Source of the DNA: Fimicolochytrium jonesii
Taxonomy: Eukaryota
DNA: 64,000 nt
Direction of reading: 5' to 3'
Assembly (NCBI RefSeq): GCF_025526975.1
Contig: NW_026515669.1
Span: 434,001-498,000 of the forward strand
Shown: positions 60,441 through 64,000 of the stretch, piece by piece
How the letters are laid out: each line of letters begins with the position of its first letter
Position numbering within the stretch: position 1 is the stretch's first letter
Made by a program: the position numbers and the translations under genes
The notes under the pieces: generated by a model
The model's input: the letters and a program-made list of their open reading frames with translations, nothing else
The model's database searches: none
What the model was told of the DNA's origin: nothing

Positions 60441-63434
60441 TCACGCCCCAGTCGACCCCCCATTTCCCTTCCTCATCTCCTCCAACAGCTCCCTCACAAC
60501 ATCCCCAGCATCCTGTTGATCCCCCTTCAGATGCTCCTTAAACGGGTCATCGACAATACGGTCATGCAGCATGACAAAGAACGGCACGTAGGTCAGGAAA
60601 TCGAGGAACCCGACGCTGGTCTTCTTGGTGGTCCCTGCTGCGGCCTCCTTTGTGGGTGCGAGGTTGAGGAGAGATGCGACGCTGTCGACGGATTGGGGTG
60701 GGAGGCCTGTGGAGAGGAGGAGGATTTTGATGTCGTCGTAGGTTAGGGTGGATTCTTCGTTGGCGTTCAGTTGGAAGAGGTGCTGGTTTGGGGTGAACGG
60801 AGTCAATGAAGGACTAGTATCGAACTCGGATGAAAGCAGCGGAATATGTACCCTGTACTGCTTGATATTCTTCTCCAGCTTTTTGAAGTCCGTCTGACCG
60901 AAACTTTGACGGAGCCGCGTACTATTGCGATGCAAGTGGTGAAAGCGGCCGGACAATCAGCATGAAGAGCAAGAGCGGAACTCGCTGCTGATGCCGGATT
61001 CACCGACAAACTTACTCCAAGAACGTAACCCGTTCCGCAAGTGCCGCAATGACACAGAACTCAGCCTGGTCGACATAATCGCCCGCTACGAGCTCAAATA
61101 CCTGCATTGGGGGAGAAAAGCTCTCAGTGTCCTCTCCCGTCGCGCCAATCCCCGGCCCTCATCCACTCTCGATGCAATCCCCACGCCAACTCACATTCTG
61201 GATATACGACACCTCCCCGCTGTTCACCCATTTCATGCGTTCCAGCTCGACCCCCAGCTCCTCGACACTTATCAATTCTCGATCGGCTCCCTTAAAGAAT
61301 GGATCTGTTAGGCGGATGTAGCGCTTCTTGGCTTCGTCGTCGAGAACGTTCATGTCGTTAAGGAGCGATGTGAGGAAGTCCTGTTGAGCGCAATGTCATC
61401 GAGAGGTTCAGCGGGAATCGTGGTGATGGGGACACTGGTGAGTAACTTCACATACATCCTTTTCCTTCTCCAACCCTTGCCTATGTGGCGCATCCTTGTT
61501 CAATCGTCGGCGACGCATGGTCTCCATATCGATGGCCGGCTTCTATTCAATCCGTTAACGTCGTTAGGAATTCCGTCGCGTCTTCGTACGTGGCAGACAT
61601 GCCGGACAAGCAAACATACCATGACGCTCATCCTCCTAGCGCCTGGCATACCCGCCGCCACGCTTTGCCTTCTACTCTCTGCCCCACCCTCACCGCCAGG
61701 TTTATGGTTCCTTCCCGCAAACTGCGCCATGCGCGCCTTTTTGGCCGCCAGATCCGCCGCTGGGTCCACAGAACGTCCAGCCTCAGCGGGCATCACGTCT
61801 GTTTCCTCTTTTGTCGGGTCCTCAGGTGGTGAAGCTTCGCCTTTGTCAAGAGAAGGGAGGTTCGTGCTGACATGGCGTGGGGGTGTTGGGCGGCGAGGTT
61901 TGTAGGGTGCTACTTTGTCTTTCGTTGTAGGATCTGACGTAGGAAGGGATGTATCTGTCGTTGTCGGCTGTGGTGCTGGTTCGGTCGCCCAAGCCGCGAT
62001 GTCTGACTCAGCTAAAGCGGCCGTGGCTCCTTGCGGATCCATTTCGAGTGGTGCTGCAGAGATGAGCTGTTCGGCAGGTTCTGGAGGCGGCGTCGTTGCA
62101 AGCTCCTCCGCGACTTCCGGATTCGCATGCAGGACAATGACTGCTTTGGACTCTTTTCGTTTCCTTTTAGGTTTTATTGAACTTCGCCTTCTCACGACCG
62201 GTGGCGGTGGTGGATCCTCGACGGCGGCCTCGACGGCGGCCTCGAGGGGCGGTGTCGGTGGGATTTCGACTGAAGTTGCAGGAGGCGGTACTGGGGTGTG
62301 TGGGATGGACTTCGCTAGAGGTTTTGGCCGCGGGCGTTCTTTTCGCAGCGGAGGCAACAGCCTCCGGGGCTTCCCTACAATTTGCTTGTTGGCTTGAATC
62401 GCGTCGGGCCGCGCTGGAGTGAACATCGAGGGTGGCGAGCGCTCGACCGGTGCTGGTGTCTTGAAGGGTGTCTTGAAGGGTTATTGTAGATGCGATAAGT
62501 AGTGCAACCTACAAATTGCACGCCGCCATTGGTGAGCTATACCTGCTGTTTCGCCATCATAAGCAGACGGGGACTTGATCCGTAGAAGGGCATCTTCTTG
62601 GTATATCGATGGGGTAACAGGCGCGCCAGGTGATGTCCGTCTTTCTTCACGTCCACCGTCTCCACCGTTTTCATCTCTAAACGCATGTCCTACCAACGGT
62701 CAACCAGACTCACGGTTTGATGGTGTTTCCGCGAAACATGCAGCCGCTCACCGGTAAAAATCCGAAAGTACCCTTCCGGCGTGATCTCATCTGGTATATT
62801 GCCCAATACTGGCATTCTCCTTACAATAGAGGGTATGGGTATCGCCGATATCGAATTCGATTTCCTGTTCACTTCCATAGGAACAGAGAGCTCCGCCGCT
62901 CGTAACTGATGAAGACCCATTCCTTTCAATCAAAGGCACCGACCGCACACGTGAAGTGTAGCCACCCACCCATTCACAATCCAGCCGCCCAACCATCTTC
63001 TCCTTCAGAGGCCTCAAACTCCTCCCTTGTCTCGGCAGCACCCCGTCCACAATCTTATTGAAGTTGAAGATGGGCATATTATTTCTCGGCGTAACCGGAG
63101 CCAGTGTCCTTCTCGTCCCATTTCGCAGCGTTTTCGCAGGGAGAGGGAGGCGGGATGCATTCCCTTCCAACTTCGTTGGGGAGTTGTCCTCGTCAGCAAA
63201 ACGAGCTGTTCGTTGGCGAGTGGCTTTGCTGGAACGCTGTTCTTTCCTGGCCTCCTCGCTGTCTGGAGGTAAGGCATACACAAGACCGCTAGAGATATCC
63301 ACGTCGAGACTAATCGAAGTGGAATCTTCCGGTCCTCCCGCGTCAATGACTTCTCCCTCATCTTCACCCTCCTCATGTGCATCTTGGTCGAAAGCAGAAA
63401 CGCATTCGGACGCGAGGACATCAACGAGAGCCAT
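60441..63434 (-). CDS. Uncharacterised multi-exon protein: Pro-rich disordered middle, EF-hand-like helical C-terminus; 5' end uncertain
   Basis: Chain of minus-strand ORFs linked by GT-AG introns. C-terminal segments ELISVEEL, YVDQAEFCVIAAL, TLTYDDIKILL and SVGFLDFLTYVPFF resemble degenerate EF-hand loops. Confidence 0.5.
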
Positions 63435-64000
63435 CGTGAAGATTGCTTAGAGAAGTTCGACTTCGACCCCGTCCGACGAGCTACTATGCTTGCTTCACTC
63501 CCGCTGCCGCCTCCGAAACAGTCCTGTTGAGTGGGTTCGCACATCGTATCTTTCTGTGCTGCGCCAACGCCTTCGGAAAGAAACGTAAGGTTAAGTTTCA
63601 AGCGAGTCTCGCGATCGAGGCTTGCGTCTCGCGTGTTCCCAAGGCGCACAGAAGAGCCCTTCGGTCAGCTATTTGATGTGACCTTTGCACCTTCTGCACA
63701 TGGATAAGCACAGGTAAAAGGCGAATAGCTCAAGGGGAAAGGCACCAGAAGACACCCAATTAGGTTGACGGACATCCCGGCCGTTCCAGTCGGACTCCGC
63801 TCCGTGATGTGTCACGGTTGGTCCAGCTATGCCATGAGGGCCGGTTTCTCACTTCGTTCTCGGAGGACAAGATGGAACTTGTACACAGTAGAACGGTCCT
63901 ACTAGAACCTCTTTGATACGATTTTCCGGTCCCGACGCTGGGACTTGAGGATAATATTATCACCTCTTCTGAGTCCTGACAGTCCCATTGATATCATGTT

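Overview
Intron-rich eukaryotic DNA (short GT-AG introns, roughly 55% GC) from a flagellated fungus, most likely a chytrid. Evidence: it carries the ciliary genes IFT74, IFT81 and a PACRG-like gene alongside fungal-type genes (GON7-like, MCR1, ABD1) and an animal-type phosphatidylserine synthase. The housekeeping backbone is TRM11, IFT74, GON7-like, NOP53, mitochondrial IF2, MAP2, a DH-BAR-SH3 RhoGEF, IFT81, PTDSS, a LEA-like gene, a C2/PH protein, PACRGL, MCR1, ABD1, NTF2 and an SH3-WW-PH-RhoGAP. It is interrupted by a mobile island (about 11.9-25.4 kb). The island holds a complete but decayed Ngaro-type tyrosine-recombinase retrotransposon with split direct repeats (11921-23111, minus strand). 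A young Ty3/Gypsy chromovirus (12764-18629; 530-bp LTRs, TGGCC target duplication, self-priming PBS, -1 frameshift pseudoknot) has inserted into it, and an intronless PD-(D/E)XK-like pseudogene follows. The most unusual host genes are a Crinkler-type N-terminal domain fused to a transmembrane helix and a 7-bladed WD40 propeller (receptor-like), and a TPR protein fused to a bacterial/archaeal pRiA4b-ORF3 (MM3350-like) domain. Exon boundaries and family calls were read by eye; no database searches were run.
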